Source: Camelus dromedarius
Taxonomy: Eukaryota
Assembly: GCF_036321535.1 (NCBI RefSeq)
Contig: NC_087438.1
Span: forward strand, 11,842,001-11,906,000
Length of the DNA: 64,000 nucleotides
Reading direction: 5' to 3'
How positions within the stretch are numbered: the first letter of the stretch is position 1; the number at the start of each line of letters is the position of its first letter. This document shows positions 42,821 to 54,879 of this stretch, in pieces. The notes below the pieces were generated by a model, which was not told the DNA's origin, did not search any database, and was given only the letters and a program-made list of their open reading frames with translations. Made by a program: the position numbers and the translations under genes.

Positions 42821-43149
42821 AGATAAAAGCACATACATTTTTAAATACAAAAATTTCACTTTTGAGAAATGATACAAATTATAGACAAAGATGTTTATCT
42901 TAAGATTATTGGTAAGAGAAAAAAACTAAATGTTGAACCACAAGTTAAGTAGATTATAGTAATTCCTTAAATATAATGATAGGCACCCTTCAGTTATGTC
43001 TAGGAATAGCTTTTAAAGACATGAGAATATACTTATATAATATTAACTAAAATCTATAACAAGATTATATTATCTCAAATAAGTGAAATATATATCACAT
43101 AAAAGATTGGATTTATTTCTGAATAAGTTTATTACCCTGTTACTATCAA

Positions 43150-43390
43150 GGGGCATATGACATTGTGGTCTAGAGGGCAGGTTCCAGAGGGAGTTGGAGC
43201 CTCAGCTCAGCCACACACTAGCTGTGACTGTGGGCAAATCACTTTACGTCCATGTTCTAATCTTTTAAAAGGGTATAATAGTGGGACCTATCCCATAGGT
43301 TGAAAGAATTAACCAAATTGATTTACTTAAAACACCTGCAACAATGCTGCTGCCTAGGATGTCATTTGCAAATGCTGGCTGTTACTACCA
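43150..43390 (+). mobile_element. MIR SINE
   Basis: 'actagctgtgactgtgggcaaatcacttta...ataatagtgggacctatcccataggttg'. Confidence 0.7.
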
Positions 43391-43509
43391 TTCACACGGA
43401 GTGCGAAACGCATGCTGATACTGGTTGCCTGAAAATTGACACTTTATATGGATTGTACTTCTATTTTTCCAAAGCACCGTTGCCACGTTATTCTATCTTA
43501 TTCTTGTAA

Positions 43510-43790
43510 CAACACAATAGGATAAGAAGTCAAAGAATAACTATTTACGAAATGAAGACTACAGCTCAGTTGCAGAGAGTAAAATGAACNNNNNNNNNNN
43601 NNNNNNNNNNNNNNNNNNNNNNNNNNNNNNNNNNNNNNNNNNNNNNNNNNNNNNNNNNNNNNNNNNNNNNNNNNNNNNNNNNNNNNNNNNNNNNNNNNNN
43701 NNNNNNNNNNNNNNNNNNNNTACTCCCCTTTCCCAGATCTGCTAGTGGTCCTGTCATTGCCCTAGGTCTCCTGACTTCCCCTCTGCCAAG
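43510..43790 (-). mobile_element. MIR SINE fragment interrupted by N gap 43590-43720
   Basis: 'aacaacacaataggataag...ctatttacgaaatgaagactacagctcag' before the gap and 'ttcccagatctgctagtgg...ctaggtctcctgact' after it. Confidence 0.5.
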
Positions 43791-44744
43791 ATGACTTTCC
43801 ATGAGCAATAAAGATCCTTATGTGGCTGACTGCTAGCTGCTGTCCATCAGGCGCAGACATTATTTTTAATCCCTATGCTCTGGAAGAAAGTAGTTCCAAA
43901 TTCCATGGCTGGAGCGATGAGGCCCCGCCCCGCTGAGCACTGCAGAGTCAGAGCAGGGTGAGCGCGCCTGGAGCCTCCGATAACTGATGGCGCCCTGCTC
44001 CCGCTCAGTTTCATTTGTGCGGCCCAAGTTAGCCCCGCCTGGGAACCTGCAGGAGGATGGGGTCCTGACAGCCCATCCTGGTTCTGAGAAGCTTAAATCT
44101 GCATCTCCCGATTAACGTTCTATTTGTATGCAAATGAGTCCTGCCTTGGTGGCTTGTGGATAAATGGACACTGCATATTGGAGCTTTTCTGAATACAGAG
44201 TTGTGGGATGGAAGGACAGGAAGTGACCTTATAGAATAAGAAGTCATGTTTCTTCATTTTAAAGACAGGAAGCTAGGGTTCAGAGTGGCCAAGTGGACCC
44301 CCCCAGGGGCATGTTGCTGGTGAGCTGAGCGCAGCTGTCTGAATATGGGGAGCCCCACAGGCCATATTTCTATCTCTACCCTCGAGCCCCAGATGAGCTG
44401 GAGAAAACAATTATTTTTACAGATTAACATCCATCTATCAGTTACTCTGTGTGTCTGTGTGTGTGTGAGAGAAAGAGAGAGGTAGGGAGTGTCTCTGTGG
44501 GTTGGGGCCAGAGTGGGAGGAGGTTATCCCCAAATCATTGGCTTCCAAACTGTGGGACTTACCTCCCTAAAGCAGAGATTGTGCTCAGTTAATAATAAGT
44601 TTAGTCCTTCAATAAATTTCTATTTTTTAAATAAAAGGTATTTTTACTTTTTAAAATAAATGGAGATGGTTAAATTATTGCCCATTTTTATCTGATGAAC
44701 AGTCTCATTCAACTCATACTGTTGCATTAATTAAACAAGGAGGC

Positions 44745-45049
44745 CGTTACACAGAGGGGGCTCTAATGCCATGGTTCCAATTTCCTCTGTAAGCAAATCA
44801 AAATCTAAGCCCATAAATGCCTCAAGCTGCAAAATCAAAACCTATGGGCAACCAGTCACAACCAGCCAAATAAGCTTTAAACTACAGCCGACCAATAATC
44901 TCCTCACTTTGTTTCTGCTTTTCTGTCTAAACGTGTCTCTCTCCAGCGCCTGCCAGTGGAACCTCTTCCAGTTTGATGTTGTCTGATTCAAATAGGTTTT
45001 TGCTCAAATTAACTCTTGAGATTTGTAATATGCCTCCACTTATTTAACA
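44745..45049 (+). mobile_element. ERV1-class solo LTR fragment (MER34/MER39-like)
   Basis: 3' end 'tctgattcaaataggtttttgctcaaattaactcttgagatttgtaatatgcctccacttatttaaca' resembles recalled MER34-group U5. Confidence 0.6.
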
Positions 45050-45182
45050 ATATTAAAAGTACAAATAACTATCAAGTGATTGCCCAATAAATATTTTAAT
45101 GTAAAGGGAGAGGGAATCTTCCAATAAAAAAGATGGTTTTCTTATCACATTTTAAAAAATGGGGTAGGGGGACACAAGAAAA

Positions 45183-45330
45183 CTCTGGGAGGTGTTGGCT
45201 ACGTCTGTTATCTCAACCATGGTGATGGAATCACGGGTGTTCGCAGATGTACAAACTCATCAAATTGTCCACATTAAATGTGTGCAGTTCTTTGTTTATC
45301 AGTTGTACCTCCATAAAGCTGTTTTAAAAA
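45183..45330 (+). mobile_element. L1MB-type 3' terminal fragment
   Basis: 'ttctgggaggtgttgg...ccatggtgatggaatcacgggtgt...aaactcatcaaattgtccacattaaatgtgtgcagttc...tacctccataaagctgttttaaaaa'. Confidence 0.8.
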
Positions 45331-46239
45331 GGATGCGGAGAGCAATTAGAAGTCAAAAGGAAATGATGAAAGAGGGACCAAAACAGTCATTTAAAGATGA
45401 AAAGAAAGGGAGTACGAATAGAGATTGCTTAATAAAAATGTAAATCATTATCATTGACATCCAAGCAAAATAATAATAATAAAAATAATGTCGTGTTCAT
45501 CAACCCCACCTACCCCAGCACAACTAGAAAATGCCTGGGAGCAAATTCTCAGCCCCAGACAGGAGCACAGAGAGGATAAAACTTCCCCCAATTCTCCCCT
45601 ATCAGAGAAAGAGTCAGACGGCATTCCTCCTACTGAAGGACAGTAACGCCACCCAGCCCCGCAGAGAAACCCTCACTGTCGGGGTGTATGTAGTTCTTCG
45701 GAGCAGTAAGTGCCTTTCTGAGGCATAGCTGGTAAATATCGGCCTATTTCTGGCAGAAACTACTTAGGGGGATGAGAATATTTATAAACGCCCGTCTTTA
45801 CCTTGGCCAAGCTCAGGAGTCATCTTGGGGCCGATGGCAACACACTCAGGAGTGAAATTCTAATGCGACTCATGGCCTTTAGGTGCAAGATGGGCAGAAA
45901 GCCCCGAGAGCTGTCAGGGGGTGTAGAGGATGTCCCAGACGATCCACGGTTGTCCACAGGGGCTTAGTAGCTGCCAGGCTGATTCACACAGGCAACTGGC
46001 AGGACTGGGTCCCCTGTGGGCTCCCAGGCCCGGATGCTGACACACTTGGGAGCTTTCGAATTTCTCTTGTACTAGAATGAGGAGAGGCAAGTAGCTTTTG
46101 CAGAGGCAAGAGGTAAGGATGGGATGGGGATGACCTGGAAGCCTCCTCCCACATCTGCCCATCACCCTCCCCATCCCGGCCAGACAAGATTTGAGCCCCG
46201 AGAAGGGAGTCCTAGGTCCCACATGAGGTAACCATGTTC

Positions 46240-46450
46240 AAGGACGAGGGATCCTTAACTGGAAGGCCCCATTCTATTTATATACATGATCTCATTTAAT
46301 GTGCAAACAATCCTTGAGGGAGGTACCATTATTATCCATATTTTACAGATATGGAAACCCAGTCACAGAGAGGGTAAGTAGTTGCCTCAAAGACACGCAG
46401 AAAGAGGTGGAGCCAAGATTCTAACAGAGATAAACAAACTTAACCACTGA
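46240..46450 (-). mobile_element. MIR SINE
   Basis: 'atctcatttaatgtgcaaacaatccttgagggaggtaccattattatccatattttacagatatggaaacccagtcacagagagggtaagtagttgcc'. Confidence 0.8.
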
Positions 46451-47789
46451 GCCATATGGCCTCAAGGACCCAGGCAAGGATGCTTTGGGGGCCTGGCTGA
46501 CATGAGACAACCTGCTCCAGTCTTCCCAGGAACCCAGGTACCCTTGACCAGGAGGGTGGAGCTGACAGGGTCAGCCAGAAGGTGCTGCCCACCTGGACAC
46601 ACCTGGACTCACCCAGGGTCCAGGAGGTCCAGGGTCTGCTATGGAGATACAGGTGTTGGTGTCCAGGGGACTCGGTTCTCAGCTCTTGAAGGAAATGGTC
46701 ACAAAGAAGAGAGAGAGGGACCCGTACCTCCGGCCCATACCTCATCCTACCCTATCTTTTGTGGGTTAAGGCGACTGTCCTGAGAGCCACCCCCACCACC
46801 ACAGCATAATGTGGGGGAATTAAGCTGTTACTATAAACTGAGTCAACTACAGCACCTCAGAAACATACTTGGAATAACCACCAATTTCACTGAGCCCCCA
46901 AGACTTAGAAACGCCCGCCAGGCTCACCGCTGGAGAGGGAAACACACTTGCCGGGATGGGGGCTGGGAATGTGACATGCAGGTTGCATTGACTGGTAAAA
47001 AGGAGAAGCAGCACCAGGTCGCATTTGCTTCCTGGGAGCCTGGGTCCCCCATCAGGTGTGTTGAATGTGCCTAATTGGCGCCACCAGTAGACCATGGGGT
47101 CCCTTGTGACAGAGGCAGCTGCTGGAGGCACCAGGGGAGAGCCAGCCCCGCCCTCCCTGGAGACCCAGGTGACACTGCCATCCAAATCTTGCTTCAAGGA
47201 GGAGACGCCGGCTCCCCCTCCGCAGGCTTCCTTGAGTCCACAGAGAAAACAGGAGCATTATTATTCCTCAGTCATCCTACGAGCTGTTGAGCCTTGAAAG
47301 CTCCAACAGAGGCGGCTGCTGGAGCGTGGCTGCGGGGCGGCCCACGTTTAATTGCTTCCCAGGCGGATGCCGCTTTATGGGGCCTTTGCTCTGTATTTAA
47401 CGCCACGGCCGGTGATGGACGTTCGCTGCTGGAAAGCGCGCCGGTCCTCTGCACACAGCTTTCTCACTGATGGGGGAAGACGTCCTCTCTCTGCTCAGTT
47501 GTATCTGGCCTTTTCCAGCCCAGCGGTAATTAATGTTTGTTCTCATCCAATGGGCAGAGTCTAAGAAATGCAGCTCTCATTAGCTCCCTCTCAATTAAGA
47601 AAAACGGTCCTCTGCCCACTGGACTCAGATGCTGCTACCAGGCTGGAGCTGTTTGAATTACACAGCTGGGAGGGTGGGGAGGCCATCCTAGCCGTGTCTG
47701 CTGCTCCAGGCCCGGCCCCAACAATGCCCAGACTCCTCCAGTCTCCTCCAGTTCCCCCACCCACCCACTCCACACCCAGGCTCACCACC

Positions 47790-48050
47790 TAGGGAACCAG
47801 AAGGAGGATAATCACTAACATGTGCTGGGAGCTTACTATGCAGCAGGCGCTGTCCTAACAATGCACATGGACCAGCTCTTTAAGGATGAAGATGGATGAG
47901 CTTGTAAATGATGCGGGTGACTTAGCTCAGTGGGCGTGGTCCCATACCTATGACGCTGGGGCCACAAGAACTCAAGACATGAACAAGAACCCCTGTTCAA
48001 GTTCTGCTCCTGACACACATGAGCTGTGTGACCCTTGAGCAAGTCACCAT
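47790..48050. mobile_element. MIR SINE fragments (both orientations)
   Basis: 'ataatcactaacatgtgctgggagcttactatgcagcaggcgctgtcctaa' (minus) and 'agctgtgtgacccttgagcaagtcac' (plus). Confidence 0.6.
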
Positions 48051-48299
48051 GAGGAGACCTACACTTTTATATTTGATCAGAGCCCAAATTTCATAACGTG
48101 AAGGTCTGGAGTTGCTGTCTCCACAGGCGAGTTCCCTTCACTGTGTTCCCTTCCTCAGGCTACACCCAGGCAGCCGACTCCCGAACGCTGGTGACTGGTG
48201 TCCAGGAGCGTGAGGAGGAGGAGAGAAGGGATCAGCCAAAATCCAGCCCCTCCCTTGGAAATGATGCCTTTGATGTTATGTTTGTGCGTCTGTAGTTGG

Positions 48300-48840
48300 A
48301 GCTGAAAAGAACCAGTTGTAGGTGTGTTAACTGGCAGGGTCTCTATGGAGGGCAACTTGCTAATTTGTCAACAGTTCAAATGCACATCTGCTTAGACGTA
48401 GCCATTCTGCTCCTAGAGATTTACGCCAAAACAGGGGGAGAGGTTGGATGTGTGTACCAGGATCTTTATGGCCGCGTTGTCTGCACCAGCCCAGGCCTGC
48501 AAACAATGCAGATGGGGGCTGACTAGATGAATTATGGTACATTTGGACACTGGAATCGTACGTAACTATAAAAATAGGCAGCTTTAACTAACAAATTCAA
48601 GTGGAATAATCTCCAAGATATTTTGTTCACTGGAAAAAAGCAAGGTGTTCTCGCCGGCATAGCGTTCAGAGTCCCTACACTCATTTGCTCACATGTGCAC
48701 AGTCTTCCCACAAGGACGTGACACCGGGTGTCAGCTGCCGTCGCTGGGGAGGGGCCTGAGGGGGCTGGGGGTCAGGAGACAGGGACGCTCATTTTCACTG
48801 CATACCATTTTGCATCTTGAATTTGTGCCATAGGAGTGAA
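48300..48840 (+). mobile_element. Ancient L1ME-type 3' remnant
   Basis: 'ggagggcaacttgctaat...aaatgcacatctgcttagacgtagccattctgctcctagagattta...atgaattatggtacatttggacactggaatc'. Confidence 0.6.
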
Positions 48841-48844
48841 GTAG

Positions 48845-49112
48845 GTGGGCCTCGTGCAGTCAGTTGAAGGTCCTGAGAGAAAAAAATTGAGCTTCCCCCT
48901 ACAAAAGAAGAGAGAACTCTGTCTCAGTACTACCTTCAGGTTTGTGTTGAGACTGCAACATCAGCTCCCCTGGGTCTCAGGCTGCCGCCTGCCCTGAGGA
49001 CGTCAGACTCGCTGGCCTCCACAACTGCATGTCCCAATTCCTTAACATAATAAGAGAGAGAGACCCAGAGAGGGAAGCATGGGTTCTGTTTCTCTGGAGA
49101 ACCCTGACCGGT
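48845..49112 (+). mobile_element. ERVL LTR 3' half (MLT2C/D-like)
   Basis: 'cagtcagttgaaggtcctgagag...gactgcaacatcagctccc...ccacaactgcatgtcccaattccttaacataa...ttctgtttctctggagaaccctgac'. Confidence 0.8.
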
Positions 49113-49339
49113 GCAGTCCTGGGGACGCTCCTGTCACCACATGTCACAGCACACATCCCCCCTGGTGCTGCCAGGGCTGGTCCCTTATTTACAGGTGTGC
49201 TGTGTCCAGTGCAGCCAGCCAGGCTGTAAGGTCTCTGTGAGCAGGCGCTGTATCTCCATCTTCAGTGTGTTTCTAACTCTGAATGCAGAGAGCCTGCACC
49301 AGGAACAAGTGCTCACTCAAGGGGTGTTGCTGAACCAGA

Positions 49340-49640
49340 AACAGGCTCACGGATGCAGAAAACAAGCTGTAGTTACCAGGGGGTGAAGCAGTGGGAGGGA
49401 TACATTAGGTGTTTGGGGTTAAAAGATACACATCACTGGATATAAAATAGGTAAACAACAAGGACCTAGCACTGTACAGCACAGGGAACTATATTTCATT
49501 TCTTGTAATGAGGTGTAATGGAAAAGAATCTGAAAAAAAAATTTATGTATGTATGTGTATAACTGAATCACTTTGCTGTATGCCTGAAACTAAGATTGTA
49601 AATCGACTACACTTCAATAAAAAATAAGATTAAAAAAAAC
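49340..49640 (+). mobile_element. L1 3' UTR fragment (artiodactyl-type)
   Basis: 'aaacaagctgtagttaccagggg...taaacaacaaggacctagcactgtacagcacagggaactata...aactgaatcactttgctgtatgcctgaaactaagattgtaaatcgactacacttcaataaaaa'. Confidence 0.88.
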
Positions 49641-49838
49641 ATGTGTTGTGGAAGGAGCTAGGGCTTTTAGTGACAGTGGTCTAGATGCTAAATACTTGGG
49701 TTTGGCTCATCTACAGATCAGCTTCCAAATCAGCTGATCGGTGGGAGGAACATAAAGGAAAAGGAAAGAGAAAAGGCAGACCTTCCCAGTTATTAGCAAT
49801 TACCAGACACTTTATTTTACATGTTTCTTCTTATACAG

Positions 49839-49895
49839 CCTTCTGAAGACCTGTCAAAGGCAGTTCACTGTTCAGAATCAACTGATCAGACCACG
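49839..49895 (+). other. Candidate 57-nt exon of an unidentified transcript
   Basis: Acceptor 'ttttattttacatgtttcttcttatacAG', donor 'acg|GTATGG'; open in phase 0 (PSEDLSKAVHCSESTDQTT) and phase 2; no homology recognised. Confidence 0.3.
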
Positions 49896-50772
49896 GTATG
49901 GTAGTCAAGTTTCCCCAATGTCAGACTTAAGCCTACACTGATTCAAAATTAAAATCAAGACTTCTCTTTTGAAATAAGATGTACTTAAATAGAAAAAAAA
50001 ATAAAGAAAAATGTTACCTCTGATTATCACCTTCCTTTAAATCCCATGTGTCTGAAGAATTTCATTGTCCATTTTAAAGGAAGAATTATGACCCTTGACT
50101 CCAAGACCAAAATATCATTCCTGAAAAGCAGATCGAATCCTGGATCAGAAACCTCTGCAGATAGATACCTTCCACTAAAGTTTTTATCATTTGCCATCAT
50201 TTTAAAGGATTATAGATGAATTCATCCTTGACAATCACTCTGAATCAATCTGAATCCCTGGGTTAATAAAGAACCAACTGGTTTAGTTTTCTGATCAATA
50301 AGACTGTTTTCAATGTGCACCAGCACCAACAATCCTGTCCCATAGGAAAACTGATTTATAAGCATGTCAAAGGGAGATTTTATTTTGCTTCCTGTTTTTG
50401 CTGCCCTGCTGTCAGCTGTCGGTCCAGAACCTAGAGGTTCTCCCCCGGGAACGAGGAGGCAGAAGAGCATGAGCCGCCAGAGGTCATCCTTGAAAGCAGG
50501 ACACACTCCGCTTTGACCTGGTCCCTTGAAATCAATACGATATAATATAGAGAAAGGAAGCAGATGGCAGAGTGTAGGCACATCAGTGTTTTTCTTTATT
50601 ACAGAGTTTGCATTAAATTCTATTAAAGGACAAGTGGATTAAATTGACCATGAAAGATACAAATAGAGTATGCGATAAATCATATCCCAAATGAATTTTC
50701 ATCAACACTATGGGATTTGTGGTGTGGGCTTATTTTTTATAAATGAAGTCATCTTACTTCTTTCCCTTCCAG

Positions 50773-50856
50773 CTTGTGTGGAAAAGTACAGTGTGAAGCA
50801 GAAAGAAGAGACTGCACGACCTGTAGTCCCACCGTCCAAGACACCACTATGGACAT
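50773..50856 (+). other. Candidate 84-nt exon of an unidentified transcript
   Basis: Strong acceptor 'catcttacttctttcccttccAG', donor 'acat|GTGAGC'; purine-rich; open phase 1-1 reading CVEKYSVKQKEETARPVVPPSKTPLWT. Confidence 0.45.
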
Positions 50857-51139
50857 GTGAGCATATTTGATTACAATAATTTCTCCATGTGGTTTTTATA
50901 TAATTGTGAATCCTACTTTTTCCACCTAACACTATAAGAACATAATTCTATATGTTATTGTAACTTCTTCTTCCTTACAAGAAGTCTTATCATCCTCATG
51001 ATGACAGATAAAGCCCTTTCTAGGTCCCAGAGCAGGGAAGCAATAGAGCTTGCATTCTAATCCTGGCCTACCACCTCTAAAGCCACTTTGCATTAAGTCA
51101 AACCACCTTAAAGACAGTTATCCCTTTTGACCCTGTAAA

Positions 51140-52430
51140 TCTCCTTTTGAGAATCTATATGGAATATGAAATGTACAAGATGAGCATGGGAAATCTTAAA
51201 ATGCAGAAAAGCAAGAAACTATCAAAGACTAAATAGCTCATGCCCAAAGGAAGCCAACTTGAAAGAGCTCCCGTTAGTCGGAATGGCGCAGCATGACTAT
51301 CAAAAAGAATAATAATCACACTCAATGAATATATTCTACATATCAAGCTCATGAGTTCCAAATAATGCTTTTTTAAAAACTGACTTGTTGCCTTTTGATG
51401 TTATATGGTCACTAAGTCATTACTCTGAAATTTGATAAATATATGGAAAGAATAAAGAATTTATCCTGCCTTTCCTACACAAATTCGATTTCAGGGAAGC
51501 CAAAAAATTGATGAGAAAAAATTATTCTTTAGAGAAGATTAATGGCTAAGTAATGCAGAAAGAATGGCAATAAAAGACATTCTATTTTCTAATGAAACAC
51601 TGGATCTAAGCAACGGTTGCCAGTGAATCCTAAAATTATAGGTGAAATATTCATAAGAAACTTAAGAGAGCATTCTGGCATCATCTGGAATGATTAGTGA
51701 CATTATTAAAAGTGGGGCAACCAGACTTCAAGCTCTTGATATGATTCAACAGGAAACATACAGCATAAGAAATATCATGACCTAAAAACATTTTGGAACT
51801 TTAATCAAATCAAGCCTCAGCTCTAACTACTAGTTTATAGGAATTACGGAGAATAGCGGAACGAGATAAAAACATCACAGGAAAACAATCACGCAATTCT
51901 AGAATATGGATACAGTTCTATCAAGGATAAATAATCTGATTTCTCCAACCAATCCAGTGGTATGAGAAGGGAGGATCATGTACACTAAATTCTTTAAGAG
52001 ACATGGTAACTGTGCAGTTTATAAACCTTATTGATCCTTATTATCTCAATAGACTAAAAGAAGAATTCGAGACAACTGGGGACATTTGAATATAGATGAG
52101 GTGTTAGAATACTGAAGATACTATTGTAGTATAATAATACTCAGGTGGTTATTTTTTTTAGTCTTACTGCTTGAAGGCATATAAAATACCTTATGAGGAA
52201 AATGATGCAGTGTCTGTTATTTCTCCAAATATTCCAAGAAAAAAATTGTGTGTGTGTGGTGTGTGTTCGGGGGAGAGGGGGAGAGCAGGGAGGAGGAGGT
52301 AGAAACGTGTAAATAAATATGACTTGCAAAAGGTAGATAATTGTTGGAGCTGAGCAATGGGTACATGAAAGTTCACTATCCTATTCTATCTTTGTGTATG
52401 CTTGGGAAATTCCGTAATAAAAAAAAATTT
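51140..52430 (+). mobile_element. L1MC4/L1MC5-like 3' UTR
   Basis: 'ggaagccaacttgaaagagctccc', 'ggatctaagcaac', 'aagcctcagctctaactactagtttataggaaatt', 'gataattgttggagctgagcaatgggtacatg...ccgtaataaaaaaa'. Confidence 0.8.
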
Positions 52431-54879
52431 AACACTAAAGAGTTACGTTTAAGAGGACATCAAAACATATAGAAACAAAATTTCACACATGCGAAGAACT
52501 GGAAAGGCATGGAATAAATTAAAAAAATTATCAGACAGTCCTGCTCCATATGTTCTATGTTGATTTCTTATCTATATTTGAAATAGAATCAATACAAATA
52601 TTATCTGATTCATTTTTAAATTGATAATATAAAGAAGATTAGATTACCCTCTCTGTTCTTTTGGCATCTGCCACTACCACCAATTTAACAGAAGGACCAC
52701 AAAAACCATCAACGAGAAAGAAACTCAGTGAACTAAAAAGTCTGCCATAGGCTCGGTGAACGTCTTTCTCTTTGCAAAGAAATAATTCAGAGACAGAAAG
52801 AGAAGTTAAATTTGCAGATCAAGTGTCTGTGATCCTCTTTAAAGAGGTTAAGGTGATGATTAGATTTTTGCCCTATAATCTGATGCTGTAGATCACAAAC
52901 TGACAAAATTAATTGCGAGTAGAGGGAGGAAAAAGACATTGCTAAGGGCCCTTCTCTTCCGGGGGTTCAGGCTGACGGCATTCAGCATTAAACATAAGTC
53001 CATTCACCACCTGTCCGCTTATTCTATATAATGACACATGGATTCTAATTTTTAGGAAACTTCCTACATTAAAAAAAATTACTTGAGAAACATCCATCCC
53101 AACAATGGATTAGAACTTGATTAAAAAGTAAATAATTGAAGCGCCAGAAGCTCACAGAAGGAAAGACGCTGTGTGGAGATGCCTTCCCATCCAAACAAAG
53201 CCTCTGTGTTCAGCAAAATGTCTCTGCTGAATGAAACTACTAAATATTTTAATTTTCAATTGGTAAGGGAAATTGTTAATTCTTACTCCCTGCTCTGTTT
53301 TTAGCCCAGAATTACAACAACTGGGAAAAGGTGTCTGTCAGGTGCCTAAACCAGAGCCAGGTCTCAGGTTCCTGGGAAGCCGCTTCTGACACAGAAGGTC
53401 CCAGGCAGGGCATTTTGGGGAGCACTCACAGAGACATCCCAGCGAGGGCTGAGGGGGCGGAGGTGAGCTGGGACGCGGTCACAGGAGAAGCCTCAGGGGA
53501 TACCCAGGGAGGCTGGCCGTGGAAATGGCCCTTCAGAGTTTTCCTGATGGGGCCCAGGGCGCTGCCCTGGGTTCCCGCAGAGCCCCGTGTCCGGATGCCA
53601 TTGCAAACCGGCTGCAGCCCTGAATGAGGCCGCTGCCTCCGGCCGAGGGCCATTCCTGAGTGGGGCTCCCTGATGAGCGCCTCGCAGAAGTCAGAGCCAG
53701 CTCTCCTGACCGCGTGGGCAGTGCAGGCTTTGGTCCTGAAGGGGAGACGCCTGGACCCGCTACGGTCACCCCTGGGGCCTTCCAAGTCCCAGGCCTTCAT
53801 CCAGGAGTTTCACCCCATCTGAGCAGAGCTGCACGTGACTCTGAATGCTGTGTTTCCGGGGAAACTCACACAGGGAAGGTTACTGAGATCAGCTCCAGCC
53901 CCTGTCACCTCAGCTGGTCTCCCTGTGTCCCTCCCCTACTGGCCTCCCTAGACCCCCCGCACCCTCAGACAGCACTCCGGCTCTCAGGGTGGCTTACCTG
54001 GGCGGGGAGGGGGGTGACCCAGACTCTCATCCCCAAGGGCGCTGACCCTAGGTCACCTTGAGGACATGGCTGAGGTGGTAAATGGCCAAACTCAACCCAC
54101 AGCTACTGCTCTTGCTCACCTCCCATCAAAGTTCGGCAAGGGGGTACCAGGGAACAGCCTAGTGAGTCACCCGGGTGGATGGGGCTGTGGCCAGGCAGCA
54201 GCTGTAGCTTCAAGTTCAGGAATTCTTGCCGGGTCCCCTGAGAGAAGCACCCCCTCTCTGAAAAGCAGGGCCCAAGAGACCCAGTGTGCAGTGACAGGGA
54301 ACACAGTTCTCCAAGCAGCTCACTGAGAGGAATGGTGAGAGGGCCGAGCCTCCTTCCAATCCTTGTTTCATGGACCAGTCGGTTACACCTGTTGGGGGCC
54401 CAGTGCTACGTAACCTGCAGAGGTGCAATGCCACCCATCCTCCCAGGGAGTCATCCCCAGGCTGTCGCCTTCGCTGTTCTCAAAAGGCTCTGTATTAGGC
54501 AGACACCTTCTGGGTGGTGTGTGGCTCGGTGTGGGTAGGACCCAGCTGCTATAGAATGGGATTCCTGGTCCACAGTCACATTACATAGGATCCATCACCA
54601 GTTTATCAAATAAACATAAACTCACGGACGGCAGTGCTGGCTGAGTCCCCTTAGGCACGAAAGGCAAAGGCATTTCTTGACTGTGTGTCAGTTCTGGTCT
54701 CCATCCATCACTGCCACTTCCAGACTGAAAGGGACCCCAGGCAATCAAGTTGCTGACAAGTAACTGGTTGGTCTCCTCAGGGGAGGAAGCCGCACTGGGG
54801 CCTCAGCGTGGATCCGGCTGCTGGCCGGCTGGGTGTTCAGCAGGGGTGACAGATCCACGAGGTCTGCCCTCAGTTATCA

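Noticed and set aside
50019-50524. Minus-strand exon reading (acceptor near 50524, donor near 50019; ORF 50222-50581)
   Set aside because: All frames stop within the segment and the peptide is not recognisable; splice signals in the neighbourhood are stronger on the + strand.
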